Source of the DNA: a virus
Taxonomy: Duplodnaviria > Caudoviricetes
Length of the DNA stretch: 64,000 nt
Reading direction: 5' to 3' (one strand)
Virus record (IMG/VR): IMGVR_UViG_3300017388_000002
Location: 1 to 64,000 of that record
In this document: positions 48,095-57,352 of the stretch, piece after piece
Numbering within the stretch: the stretch's first letter is position 1
How the letters are laid out: each line of letters opens with the position of its first letter
The notes under the pieces: generated by a model
The model's input: only the letters and a program-made list of their open reading frames with translations
Databases searched by the model: none
Told to the model about the DNA's origin: nothing
Position numbers and translations under genes: made by a program

Positions 48095-49345
48095 ATGCTG
48101 GAAGATGCGAAGAAGCAGCTATACGCTGCTTTGCCTTATGCGAATATCGATCCAGAAAGTGTGTTGAGACTTGAAAGCCCGGAGAAGACGTTAGAAGTAA
48201 GCATCCCAATGCGACACGACGACGGGACGCTGAAAATGTACAGTGCATATCGTTGTCATTACGACAGTACCCTTGGCCCGGCAAAAGGCGGAATTCGCTA
48301 CCACCCTCACGTCGATAAAGATCATGTCCAAGCTCTAGCCTTCTGGATGACGTTCAAGTGTGCCGCCGTGAAGGTGCCTTTCGGCGGGGCCAAAGGGGGC
48401 GTCTCTATAGACCCTAAGAAATTATCCAACCGAGAACTAGAGAGAATCAGTAAAGCATACATCAGTGCCTTTGCCGACTTCATTGGCACGGACGTAGACA
48501 TACCTGCTCCCGATCTAGGAACCAACGAACGAGTCATGGGGTGGATGTACTCGGAATATCGCAGAATCAAAGGCGGCAATCCGAGAGCCATCATCACAGG
48601 GAAACCTGTTCCCTTGGGAGGGATTATTGGCAGGAGTTCGGCGACAGGTTACGGGGGCTACTACGTACTAGAAACACTGCTCAACAAGTACCTCGATAAA
48701 GTCAAGATAGCTGGCAAAGAGAACCTGAGAGTGGCAATCCAAGGCTTCGGAAATGTAGGCTATTGGTTTGCAGAGAAGTGTTACAAGAACCATATCAAAG
48801 TGGTTGCGGTAACGAACCAATACGGCGGGGTCTATGATCCCAAGGGCCTCGATATACCGAAATGCAAGTTCAACATCGACAACTCCCAGGAGAAAGAATT
48901 CGGGCTGGGCACTAAAATCACCAACGAAGAGTTATTTGAACTAGATACCGATGTATTGGTTCCAGCCGCTATAGAAAACGTCATTACCAAAGACAACGCC
49001 AGAAAGATCAAAACTCCCCTCATATTTGAATTGGCAAACGGGCCTACTACCCCGGATGCCGATGAGATGCTCCAAAATAAAATAATCGTTCCAGATATCC
49101 TCGCCAACGCCGGTGGTGTTGTTGTATCTTACTTCGAGTGGCTGCAAAACAGGCACGCCGAGGAATGGGATGCCGAGAGAGTCAATCTAGAACTGAACAA
49201 GAAGATGAAGTATGCCACAGAGAAGATGATGGATATGTATATGACACATCAGACTTCTATGCGTACAGCTACCTACATTCTAGCCTTGAAACGGATCGCA
49301 GCCGCCAACGAGTGTTTGGGTAATCGAGGCTTTTTCCAGAGATAA
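48095..49345 (+). CDS. gdhA: Glu/Leu/Phe/Val dehydrogenase (glutamate dehydrogenase)
   Basis: GPAKGGIRYHP, PFGGAKGG, DIPAPD, ITGKP, QGFGNVG, ELANGP, PDILANAGGV. Confidence 0.92.
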   Translation: MLEDAKKQLYAALPYANIDPESVLRLESPEKTLEVSIPMRHDDGTLKMYSAYRCHYDSTLGPAKGGIRYHPHVDKDHVQALAFWMTFKCAAVKVPFGGAKGGVSIDPKKLSNRELERISKAYISAFADFIGTDVDIPAPDLGTNERVMGWMYSEYRRIKGGNPRAIITGKPVPLGGIIGRSSATGYGGYYVLETLLNKYLDKVKIAGKENLRVAIQGFGNVGYWFAEKCYKNHIKVVAVTNQYGGVYDPKGLDIPKCKFNIDNSQEKEFGLGTKITNEELFELDTDVLVPAAIENVITKDNARKIKTPLIFELANGPTTPDADEMLQNKIIVPDILANAGGVVVSYFEWLQNRHAEEWDAERVNLELNKKMKYATEKMMDMYMTHQTSMRTATYILALKRIAAANECLGNRGFFQR

Positions 49346-49588
49346 CTAGAGTTGCGATAGGCTCACGACAGGGATCGTCACCCCCAGGTAGCGATCTCCA
49401 GAGGGGGTTATCAACTTTATGCAAACCTGCCGTGTTGGAGGATCGAAACTAATGATCTGCCATTTGGCTGGGTCTAAGTTCTCGAAAAACTCCTTCATCT
49501 TCGTCTCGGTGGGCAGCGTGGCTATAAGAGCCGTTTGGCTAAGACGTTGAGAGTTAAAACAAGCTGTCCTGTAAAACTGCATAGTCAC
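49346..49588 (-). CDS. small hypothetical protein
   Basis: AAGGAG RBS; TACATA upstream. Confidence 0.5.
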   Translation of the reverse strand: MTMQFYRTACFNSQRLSQTALIATLPTETKMKEFFENLDPAKWQIISFDPPTRQVCIKLITPSGDRYLGVTIPVVSLSQL

Positions 49589-49621
49589 ACTCCTTTATCA
49601 TATGTAGTGGAGAAGAAAGAA

Positions 49622-49876
49622 ATGCCGAAGGAAGATTGTTATTGGTACGTTGATAGAACAGTACCGGAGGACAAACAAACTATACAGGTAATGTGTACGG
49701 ACTGCTATAAGAAGGAAAACTTCGAGGAGTACGCCCTGCACGAGCGACCGTGGTTTTGGAATGGATCGAAATTAGGCTATGGCGACTACGATCTGAATTG
49801 TTCTCTATGCGGACATGTCATCTACTTGAGAGAAAAACCAGATGGTAAAAAAGCTGAGACCTCCATTCAAGGTTAA
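49622..49876 (+). CDS. small zinc-finger protein
   Basis: CTDC...CSLC. Confidence 0.6.
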   Translation: MPKEDCYWYVDRTVPEDKQTIQVMCTDCYKKENFEEYALHERPWFWNGSKLGYGDYDLNCSLCGHVIYLREKPDGKKAETSIQG

Positions 49877-50600
49877 TGGGTACAAGCATTACTTGGCAGG
49901 CTGGATAGTAAAGAACTTTCCGAAAAACTACCAAGAACTAGATTATATAGAACCCTATGCTGGGGCCGCTAGTGTGCTTTTGACTAAGGATCGTTCGACG
50001 GCGGACAAAATCGAAGCACTCAACGATTCAGACTTGGGTATTATCCAGATACTCCGTGCATTGCGAGACGATCCCGATTGTTTCGTCAAAAGGTTGAAGC
50101 ACACAACCTATTCTGAGAAGGTCTTTCAAAGGGAACTAGCTAGGACCGAGTTTGAAGACTACATAGACCATGCACTGAGAGAGTTCATCATCCGCCGAAT
50201 GAGCAGGGGTGGAGAGATGACAGTATTCGCTTGGTCTGAAAGGAAGCGAGGAGGCCAACCAAGCGAAATCAATGCTTGGAAAACCATTCTAGAAGAAATC
50301 CCCACTATAGCATCCCGCCTAAAAAACGTCAGACTTCTAAACAAGGACGGGCATGAAGTCATCCGCTCCTTCAACGACGAAAACACCCTCTGCTACTGCG
50401 ATCCTCCAGCTTTCGAGAACAACGAAGCGAGTATACGCACTCACCACGAGTTATGGCAGGTTTTGAACGGTTTTGGCGGCAAAGTCATATTGAGCGGAAC
50501 GCAGAACAGTTTCTACAACCGACTCTACAAAGGATGGAACAAGATCAGCAACAAAGATGGCAGGAAGGCCAAGCCAGATATACTCTGGCTGAACTACTAG
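49842..50600 (+). CDS. Dam-like DNA adenine methyltransferase (divergent)
   Basis: YIEPYAGAASV, LND, YCDPPAF (DPPY variant). Confidence 0.75.
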   Translation: MVKKLRPPFKVNGYKHYLAGWIVKNFPKNYQELDYIEPYAGAASVLLTKDRSTADKIEALNDSDLGIIQILRALRDDPDCFVKRLKHTTYSEKVFQRELARTEFEDYIDHALREFIIRRMSRGGEMTVFAWSERKRGGQPSEINAWKTILEEIPTIASRLKNVRLLNKDGHEVIRSFNDENTLCYCDPPAFENNEASIRTHHELWQVLNGFGGKVILSGTQNSFYNRLYKGWNKISNKDGRKAKPDILWLNY

Positions 50601-50646
50601 GCCACGCCCAGGCGTGGCTTTTTGTTTGATCCTTGATACATACTGA

Positions 50647-50871
50647 GTGGAACTCAACTTCAAGAGATGGTTGGAAGATGCTGGCGAGACCTTCCACGTT
50701 AGTATATCCAACCAAGCTGCCGAGGACGGCTTCAACCAGTTACCGGGCAACGTCACCGGACGGAAGACAATGCCCTCGAAATTCGACCCAAATAAGAAGT
50801 TCGGTTTCCAGAGGAAAACAGACAAGACACGCCTAAATAGAGATAGTTCAAGCAAGGAGAATTATGGCTAA
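50647..50871 (+). CDS. small putative internal head protein (MELNFKRWLE)
   Basis: CTS-like N-terminus; TACATA upstream. Confidence 0.5.
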   Translation: MELNFKRWLEDAGETFHVSISNQAAEDGFNQLPGNVTGRKTMPSKFDPNKKFGFQRKTDKTRLNRDSSSKENYG

Positions 50872-50932
50872 TCTAACACCAGCTATTACGTTCTGCTCAC
50901 CAAGCGGTTCTAGAAGTCGTGAGCGTGGCCTA

Positions 50933-51286
50933 ATGACCCTGAGCTTCCAACGTCTATGCGAGATCATGGACCGGAGAAAAGCCCTGCGTGAACAAGAGGA
51001 AGGCGAGGCGATGCAGGGCGGTGGAGAGAGTGCGGCCATGACGGTCGTTCGCTCCGGTCTCGATCTCCGCAGCGAGGATTGCGGGAGCTTTTGGGATGAC
51101 TTTATGAATATCTGCAACAACGCCGAGGGCATGTCTCAACTGCTAGATGTGCCTGCGGAGCAAGTGGCGAATTGGGCGACGAAAGTAAGAGAGATGGTAC
51201 AGAAAATAGAACAGGCCGACGATCAGGAGGCGGGTTCTTCGGATAAGAAGGCTTCGGTCATCACAACTGGAACCGAGATGGAGTAA
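50933..51286 (+). CDS. acidic hypothetical protein
   Basis: ORF within the operon; start uncertain (50864 or 50933). Confidence 0.6.
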   Translation: MTLSFQRLCEIMDRRKALREQEEGEAMQGGGESAAMTVVRSGLDLRSEDCGSFWDDFMNICNNAEGMSQLLDVPAEQVANWATKVREMVQKIEQADDQEAGSSDKKASVITTGTEME

Positions 51287-51288
51287 AC

Positions 51289-51702
51289 ATGAAATCATAT
51301 CAAGATTGGGAACTAGAACAGGCACGCAAGGTCATCTCTGAATTCATGGCTAGCGATAAACCACTCGATGCCAAGGAGGTTCCTGTCCTTCAGCGTACCT
51401 TTAACCGAGTGGCTATAGACAAATTCGGCAAGATGCTAAGCGGCGACAATACCAAAGATGATCCAATGAACATGCAGCATCTAGCCGGTACAAGGGGCCT
51501 TATGGGAACAGGAACCCACTCTGTAGAAGGCAGCGTTTCTGGTGCTATGATGCCCATCGTGAAGAGACTGCTTGCCAAGTACGACAAGGGCGACAAAAGG
51601 CAGGCTGTTATGGCTGCATTGAACGAGATCATGGAAGCGTCGTACTTCGCAATGAGTCAAGTCTTAAGCAAAACCGGAATTGGAAATGCTGATGAAAACT
51701 AG
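51289..51702 (+). CDS. putative internal head protein (MKSYQDW)
   Basis: N-terminus very like the T4 IP signal MKTYQEF. Confidence 0.65.
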   Translation: MKSYQDWELEQARKVISEFMASDKPLDAKEVPVLQRTFNRVAIDKFGKMLSGDNTKDDPMNMQHLAGTRGLMGTGTHSVEGSVSGAMMPIVKRLLAKYDKGDKRQAVMAALNEIMEASYFAMSQVLSKTGIGNADEN

Positions 51703-52141
51703 TGTGAAGACTTTTCTAGAGTGGTCTAAATTGCGTAGCGAGATGGTGGGTGCCACAGAACCCAACATGGCTATCAGCACGGACGGCAGTGCAAATCAAA
51801 TGGCTACTGGAGCTAAGAGGTTCCTTGGTACTCAGACCACAAGGGCCATTGGCGGTACTACTAATTTCGTGAACGCCCTGGCTATGATATCTCAAAATAA
51901 TCCGGCCTTACTCACTAAAGTTGTCGGTACTATAACCTCAGCCATCCGATCTCTCAAGGATGATGAAGTAGACCCAGAAACCAAAGAACAACTCGTAAAC
52001 TCGCTTCGAGCATCCGTTCCAGGTTTGAAACAGTTAGAAGGCCCCCCTGGGGCTAAGCCGTCAGCCGCCCCAACCGATCAACCAACGGTAGGCGGAACAG
52101 AGGCTAAACCTCTCGGTAACATAAGAGGCACCCCGGCATAA
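51692..52141 (+). CDS. putative internal head protein (KTFLEW)
   Basis: CTS-like N-terminus. Confidence 0.6.
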   Translation: MKTSVKTFLEWSKLRSEMVGATEPNMAISTDGSANQMATGAKRFLGTQTTRAIGGTTNFVNALAMISQNNPALLTKVVGTITSAIRSLKDDEVDPETKEQLVNSLRASVPGLKQLEGPPGAKPSAAPTDQPTVGGTEAKPLGNIRGTPA

Positions 52142-52151
52142 GAGGGGTAGC

Positions 52152-53219
52152 ATGAACCAAATTGTTACTAATCGTGAACGAGAAAAAATTCAAAGGATAC
52201 AAAAGATACTGATGGCGAAGAGGATTGCTTCTCCAGTAAAGCAACCCTCTACTCTGAAGCAGATATCCGCCGTGCCATCGCAACCTCCTGCACCAAACAC
52301 ACAGCAGCGAATCATATCGGGTCGCAGTGGCGTAATCAAAAAGACTATCAACCAGAATCAACGCATCACTGAGCAGGCCAGGAACGCCCGCCCTGCGACA
52401 GTCGGTCGCTCTACGCCCATCAATGAAAAAGTTATATTCCTGTCTGGTGGTATCGGGGATGTGTTGACCGTAGAGAGCTTCATGCCGGAAATGAGGAAGA
52501 AGTACCTGGAAACCATACTCTACGGAACTCGCAAACACCTAGTTATTCAAGAACTCTTCCAAGCATTGCCAAACTACCCAAACCTGAAAGAACATCGGGT
52601 AGTTTGGAGTGATTTCACCAACTTCTGGTGCTTCTTATACAAAACTGAGTGCGAAAACAGGTATGTCAAACAAGGAGCAATTCCACCCGCCATCCTTGCC
52701 GCCGCCGAAGATTACGGCATAGCAATCAAATTCCCCGTCATCAAGAGCGGACAATGGCCCTTCGTAGGGTCCAGCTTCATTAAACATCAGGTAGCCAATA
52801 TAGATCGTCTTAACTTGCCACAAAACTACATAGTGATTGCTCCATATAGCTCAGACAAGGCTAATTCCAGGCGGGATTTCACGTCCGCCGATTGGGAGGC
52901 AACAATAACTATGTTGCGCAGACGTGGAGCCAAAGGAGTGGTAGTAAACAATGGCACGGACTTTGTGCCGAACTCTGACCAGCTTATAAACCTGTCCAAT
53001 AAGACAACCATCCTAGAAAGCATTGAGGCTACGAAAAAGGCCAGTGCCTACATCGGGATAGATACTTGCTTCTCGGTTCTAGCCGCACAACTTTTCCAAT
53101 CGTCAAACTTGATAATCAAGTGCGTAAATAACCACGGCCTCAACAACAAGGCCGTATACTTTGCCCCTCATAACACATTTGAGTTCATTGTAGACGCAGT
53201 AAGCGGAAGGACCATTTAA
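52152..53219 (+). CDS. GT9-like glycosyltransferase with basic N-terminal extension
   Basis: SGGIGDVL; INLSNKTTILE...AYIGIDTCFSVLA. Confidence 0.7.
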   Translation: MNQIVTNREREKIQRIQKILMAKRIASPVKQPSTLKQISAVPSQPPAPNTQQRIISGRSGVIKKTINQNQRITEQARNARPATVGRSTPINEKVIFLSGGIGDVLTVESFMPEMRKKYLETILYGTRKHLVIQELFQALPNYPNLKEHRVVWSDFTNFWCFLYKTECENRYVKQGAIPPAILAAAEDYGIAIKFPVIKSGQWPFVGSSFIKHQVANIDRLNLPQNYIVIAPYSSDKANSRRDFTSADWEATITMLRRRGAKGVVVNNGTDFVPNSDQLINLSNKTTILESIEATKKASAYIGIDTCFSVLAAQLFQSSNLIIKCVNNHGLNNKAVYFAPHNTFEFIVDAVSGRTI

Positions 53220-53872
53220 TGGATAGAACCATTGGATCGTATCCTGCGGTAGAAGACGGAGACCTGATCTTTTGCACCAATGTTGACATAGCCTACCAAA
53301 AGGACATGTCCAAGAGTGTATCCTACGATAAAGAATACTACGAAAATTACGTCAAGCGGGAAGGCACCGACATAGCAGTTGCACTCAACAAAGCCAGAGT
53401 TGGTATCGTTGAGAAATACTGCTACAACCGTGATATACTAGATATCGGCATTGGTTCAGGCGAGTTCATTAGAAGCTGCCGTCACAATAAGGCATACGGC
53501 TTTGACATCAATCCATACGGCGTCGTCTGGTTGAAAGACAGATACTTGTACATCGATCCCTGGCATCATGTTCCTTACCACATTTCCGGTGTGACGCTCT
53601 GGGACACCCTTGAACACATGCCAAAACCAACCGACTTCCTTGATCTGATGCCAGAAGGCATGTTTGTATTCCTCTCGATGCCCATGTTCACAGACATCAA
53701 GAACATCAGATCAAGTAAACATTACAAGCCAAATGAACACTATTACTACTACTCGGTTGATGGATTTGCTCACTATGCAAAAGACGCTGACTTCGAGGTC
53801 TTGGAACATAACAACCAAGAAACGCTAGCCGGACGTACTGGTATAGAGACATTCGTTCTCAGAAAGCAATGA
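53219..53872 (+). CDS. class I SAM-dependent methyltransferase
   Basis: ILDIGIGSGEF, GFDIN, WDTLEHM. Confidence 0.85.
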   Translation: MDRTIGSYPAVEDGDLIFCTNVDIAYQKDMSKSVSYDKEYYENYVKREGTDIAVALNKARVGIVEKYCYNRDILDIGIGSGEFIRSCRHNKAYGFDINPYGVVWLKDRYLYIDPWHHVPYHISGVTLWDTLEHMPKPTDFLDLMPEGMFVFLSMPMFTDIKNIRSSKHYKPNEHYYYYSVDGFAHYAKDADFEVLEHNNQETLAGRTGIETFVLRKQ

Positions 53873-53900
53873 AAAAAAGGCCCGCATAGCGGGCCTTTTT
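53872..53900. terminator. bidirectional intrinsic terminator
   Basis: A7-GGCCCGC-ATA-GCGGGCC-T5. Confidence 0.85.
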
Positions 53901-53901
53901 G

Positions 53902-54891
53902 TTAGTTGATACCATTTTCTGCTTGATATGCTTTGACAGCTTCAACTAGTTTGCGTGGATCAATGATCCCAAATCCCTGGTAGAATGTCGGGTCTCCTAG
54001 AAGTCCGTTCTGAATGTTTGATGTGTTCTTCTTGAAAATCGTCCTGTAGTCTTCTGCCATGTCGAGTTTAATCCTCAGTCCCTTGCTCCTCTTGTATGAC
54101 AACACGAGTGCCGCTACACCTACAGCAAACGGACAGGCCATACTGGTTCCCGAAAGGATAGCGTACCAGTTATCAGGAACGGTTGAGAATATCTTGTCTC
54201 CCGGTGCCATGAAGTCCAGGTCTTTACCTGTGTTGGAAAACGTGGCCCTCTTCAGTTCCTCGGTGATCGCCCCAATAGCTATGGTTTCCGGGTACAGAGC
54301 CGGATAAAACACGTTCTGTGTTAGTCCTGCGTTACCCGCAGCACAAAATGTAACGACGTTCTTAGATGCGGCGTATTGCAGAGCCTTCTTGACCTCCTGT
54401 GTCGGGCGAGGCGAACCCAGAGACATAGCCAGGATGTCCGCCCCATTATCCACAGCCCAACGTATGCCTTTAGCCACATTTAGCAAGCTGCCATTGCCAT
54501 GACGATCTAGCACCTTTACTGGAAGGACTTTGGCCTTTGGTGCTACACCAACCATGCCTATGTCGTTATTGCTTGCTACAATAATACCAGTGACATGCGT
54601 ACCATGCTGGTTATCGTCGTCTGGTAGTTTAGCTTCGTTGACGAAATTCTTCCCAGGTAACAGGTTCTCGGCTAGGTCTGGGTGATCCAGGTCGCAACCG
54701 GTGTCTAACACTGCGATGGTTACACCTTCGCCCTGGGTTAGATTCCAGGCGTCGGGCAAGCTGAATGCGGTTATATTCCATCCAACTTTCTGGCGGGCGT
54801 CTTGCAGCGATAGTACCTCCTCGACCTCAAATGGAGGTAATTTGCATTTCTTATCCGTTCGTTGGTTGCTGGTTTTCTTCTTCCGTGCCAT
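53902..54891 (-). CDS. S8 subtilisin-like peptidase
   Basis: AVLDTG, HGTHVTG, AAGN, SGTSMACP. Confidence 0.95.
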   Translation of the reverse strand: MARKKKTSNQRTDKKCKLPPFEVEEVLSLQDARQKVGWNITAFSLPDAWNLTQGEGVTIAVLDTGCDLDHPDLAENLLPGKNFVNEAKLPDDDNQHGTHVTGIIVASNNDIGMVGVAPKAKVLPVKVLDRHGNGSLLNVAKGIRWAVDNGADILAMSLGSPRPTQEVKKALQYAASKNVVTFCAAGNAGLTQNVFYPALYPETIAIGAITEELKRATFSNTGKDLDFMAPGDKIFSTVPDNWYAILSGTSMACPFAVGVAALVLSYKRSKGLRIKLDMAEDYRTIFKKNTSNIQNGLLGDPTFYQGFGIIDPRKLVEAVKAYQAENGIN

Positions 54892-55303
54892 TTTCCTCCT
54901 TTGGAACCATAGCCCCCTCGTTGTACTTGCTAACCAGGAAGTCGATGGCGTTTCCTACAACTACGTTGATGACGAAGGCTTTGATGGCTGGTACAAATGG
55001 CCGCAACCAAAAGGGCATGATTTCTTTGACAGTGAAATCAAATAGTTTGGTCACAGCCATCATAACGACCGCCTTTTTGTCAGCACCGGCAGGGATGATC
55101 GGTTCTACGTACTGGATCAATCCATCTAGCGACTTCAACAGAAATTTAACTACTTGATGTATCTTGCTGCTTGGAATTTTCTTCCAAAACTCCCACCAAC
55201 GTGGTCCTTTTTCTTTCTGCTCGGCAGCATACTCCTCGGCGAGTGCATTGACGTAATCTTCTACTGCATTGATCTGTTCTTGCGTTAGCATATGAAGTGA
55301 CAT
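54851..55303 (-). CDS. hypothetical amphipathic protein
   Basis: AAGGAGG RBS; overlaps the S8 gene start. Confidence 0.65.
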   Translation of the reverse strand: MSLHMLTQEQINAVEDYVNALAEEYAAEQKEKGPRWWEFWKKIPSSKIHQVVKFLLKSLDGLIQYVEPIIPAGADKKAVVMMAVTKLFDFTVKEIMPFWLRPFVPAIKAFVINVVVGNAIDFLVSKYNEGAMVPKEENGTEEENQQPTNG

Positions 55304-55348
55304 ATTGCCTCCTTAACACTATCTAGCCTTCTGACAGGAGGATTTAGG

Positions 55349-55678
55349 TTAGGTTACACAAGGCTCATCTTGAAGCCTGCTGATCTGATCTTCTAGGTAA
55401 GCTGTTGCCAGAGCGGAAGCCTCGGCTGCGGTGCAAAGTTCGCTTTCTAGCCAGACACGATTTGTGGTGTCTTTGTAGACTATTGTGTAGTAGCTACCCT
55501 GCACATCATTGACGAGGATGGACTTGATGTATACTCGTTCGATTTTACCTTCGTCTGCGGCTTTGGCACACACGTAGGCAACTTCATTGACAAGGAACTT
55601 GACTGCGTAGATGTATTTAACGACGACGCCAGCACACCCCTTAACCCTCAACCCTCCAGTGGCAACGTAAATCGGCAT
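55349..55678 (-). CDS. hypothetical late protein
   Basis: TATATA just upstream. Confidence 0.6.
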   Translation of the reverse strand: MPIYVATGGLRVKGCAGVVVKYIYAVKFLVNEVAYVCAKAADEGKIERVYIKSILVNDVQGSYYTIVYKDTTNRVWLESELCTAAEASALATAYLEDQISRLQDEPCVT

Positions 55679-55690
55679 GTTCTATATATG

Positions 55691-55720
55691 AAAACGGCCC
55701 GCTGAAAGCGGGCCGTTTTT
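55691..55720. terminator. intrinsic terminator
   Basis: AAAACGGCCCGCT-GAA-AGCGGGCCGTTTTT. Confidence 0.85.
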
Positions 55721-55921
55721 GATTTATGCTACCTTCCTAATCGACCAGTCTACGGCTTGGTCTGTACCGCTGATCTTTTTCAGCGTCATGTCCCAACCGT
55801 GCATTAGGATGAGTGTGGGACTTACCCAAATAAGCTGGGCCTGGACTCCAGCAAAATGAGCAATATAAATGGCTCGCTGAGTGCTACTGGATAACACCTT
55901 CTCATATGGCGGGCTTTTCTA

Positions 55922-56698
55922 TTACATCACTAGGGCGGCGAACTCTTTTGAGAGGTCGGCTATAGCTGCTGACAGCTTTTGAACCATCTCGTGGTCCTCG
56001 TTTTCTGCCGCCGTTTGTAGTTCGACAAGTACAGCAGCCTTCTTCTGCCTGATGTGCTTGAGTGCTTTGACGACATCACGGAGCTTGGTGCAGTCCTCAA
56101 ACCGCTCTTCACGGATCGCACTCGCCAACTTTTGTTCAAACGTGTCGATAGCCTCGTCTATCTTAGATCGAGGTCCACGGACCAGTCCTGCAACTGGTTG
56201 TTCTTCATCAACCGTGAGTTTCTCTAGCTCCAATTTCGGCTTCTTGCCGACATGTTGCGTGGTGCCGTGAATTTGCTGAATTGCTATATCCATTTGGTCC
56301 TTAAAATGGACATAGCAATGCGAGCAACCCATACGGCCTGTCTTCTGTATCTCTGCAAATGAGATACCGCAGGCCGGGCAGACATTTGCTAGTTGTTGGA
56401 CTTGCTCATGATGCACCACAACAGGCTTGCCTTGGCTCTGGAAGTATGCCAGCAACTCAGATAGAAGCTGCCCCGGTGTGGCTGGCTGGTCGGATTTCGG
56501 TCCCTGATATTGTGAATGTTGCGGATTGTGAGGATGCAAGACCGGCAGTTGCGGCGGCACACTCAGTTTCTCGCTATTCAAGTAGACGGAGGCACACTGG
56601 TGACACAGACGTATCACCTTGGCGTTGCCATCAACAATCTCATTGATGACCACATTCTTCGGCAGTGTGCAAGGCTTGCCTGTTACGGGGCAGATCAT
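55922..56698 (-). CDS. McsA-like protein (Zn-finger plus UVR motifs)
   Basis: LCHQCA, CPACGISF..IQKTGRMGCSHCY..F, IHG...HVGKKP, AIREERFEDCTKLRD. Confidence 0.8.
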   Translation of the reverse strand: MICPVTGKPCTLPKNVVINEIVDGNAKVIRLCHQCASVYLNSEKLSVPPQLPVLHPHNPQHSQYQGPKSDQPATPGQLLSELLAYFQSQGKPVVVHHEQVQQLANVCPACGISFAEIQKTGRMGCSHCYVHFKDQMDIAIQQIHGTTQHVGKKPKLELEKLTVDEEQPVAGLVRGPRSKIDEAIDTFEQKLASAIREERFEDCTKLRDVVKALKHIRQKKAAVLVELQTAAENEDHEMVQKLSAAIADLSKEFAALVM

Positions 56699-57282
56699 TT
56701 ATTGTCCTTCTTTCTCTCGATCAGTTTGTGGTGGTCGTGGAAATCCTTGACCTGTTGCTGGTACAACTTGGCATCCTTTTCAGGAATTTCCTTTGTGTAC
56801 TTGCTCAGCGTGTCCTCCATGATCTTCTCGAACTTGACGGCATGATCCTTCCGAATCTGAGTTAGCTTCTTGATCGATTCTTCTATATCCGTCTTGTCGG
56901 GATTGCGGTCGGTCTTTTCCAGGTCTTCCTTGGTAGTCGCCTTATATCGTTCGGGAGCAGTCGTAGCTTCCTTCGCCCAGGCTTGATTCAATCCGGCGAG
57001 TTGTTTGCTGAGATTCTCGGCCTGGAGCAAGTAGAAAAGGTCTCTCTCGAAATCAGTCAGGTCTTTCAGTTTGGCTGTTTTCTTGGTTTTGGTATTTTCC
57101 AACTCGTAGTCCTTGTAGAACTCCGGGCTGTTGATGTTTTTACTCCAGTTCTCGGCGTTCTTCAGTGCTTCAAGATAATCCTTGACTTTCGGGCCGTCAT
57201 CCTTCTGGGTGTAGGCAGAGCCGGTCACAAACAAAAGGCTGGTGAAGGCTAGAGCTAGGCTTAGCGGGACAATGCATTTCAT
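56695..57282 (-). CDS. secreted hypothetical protein
   Basis: Signal peptide; AAGGGAG RBS. Confidence 0.7.
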   Translation of the reverse strand: MKCIVPLSLALAFTSLLFVTGSAYTQKDDGPKVKDYLEALKNAENWSKNINSPEFYKDYELENTKTKKTAKLKDLTDFERDLFYLLQAENLSKQLAGLNQAWAKEATTAPERYKATTKEDLEKTDRNPDKTDIEESIKKLTQIRKDHAVKFEKIMEDTLSKYTKEIPEKDAKLYQQQVKDFHDHHKLIERKKDNK

Positions 57283-57352
57283 GATTGGCTCCCTTGTAAG
57301 GGTGAAGTTTGATAACCTATTCTAGTAGTTTGGCGAAAAAGATCAAATCCAA

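Noticed and set aside
54851-55303. Holin next to the S8 peptidase
   Set aside because: No clear uninterrupted transmembrane helix; kept as hypothetical.
55723-55915. Possible mcsB remnant after mcsA
   Set aside because: An open frame without a start and without the SSRxRLARN motif; not supportable.
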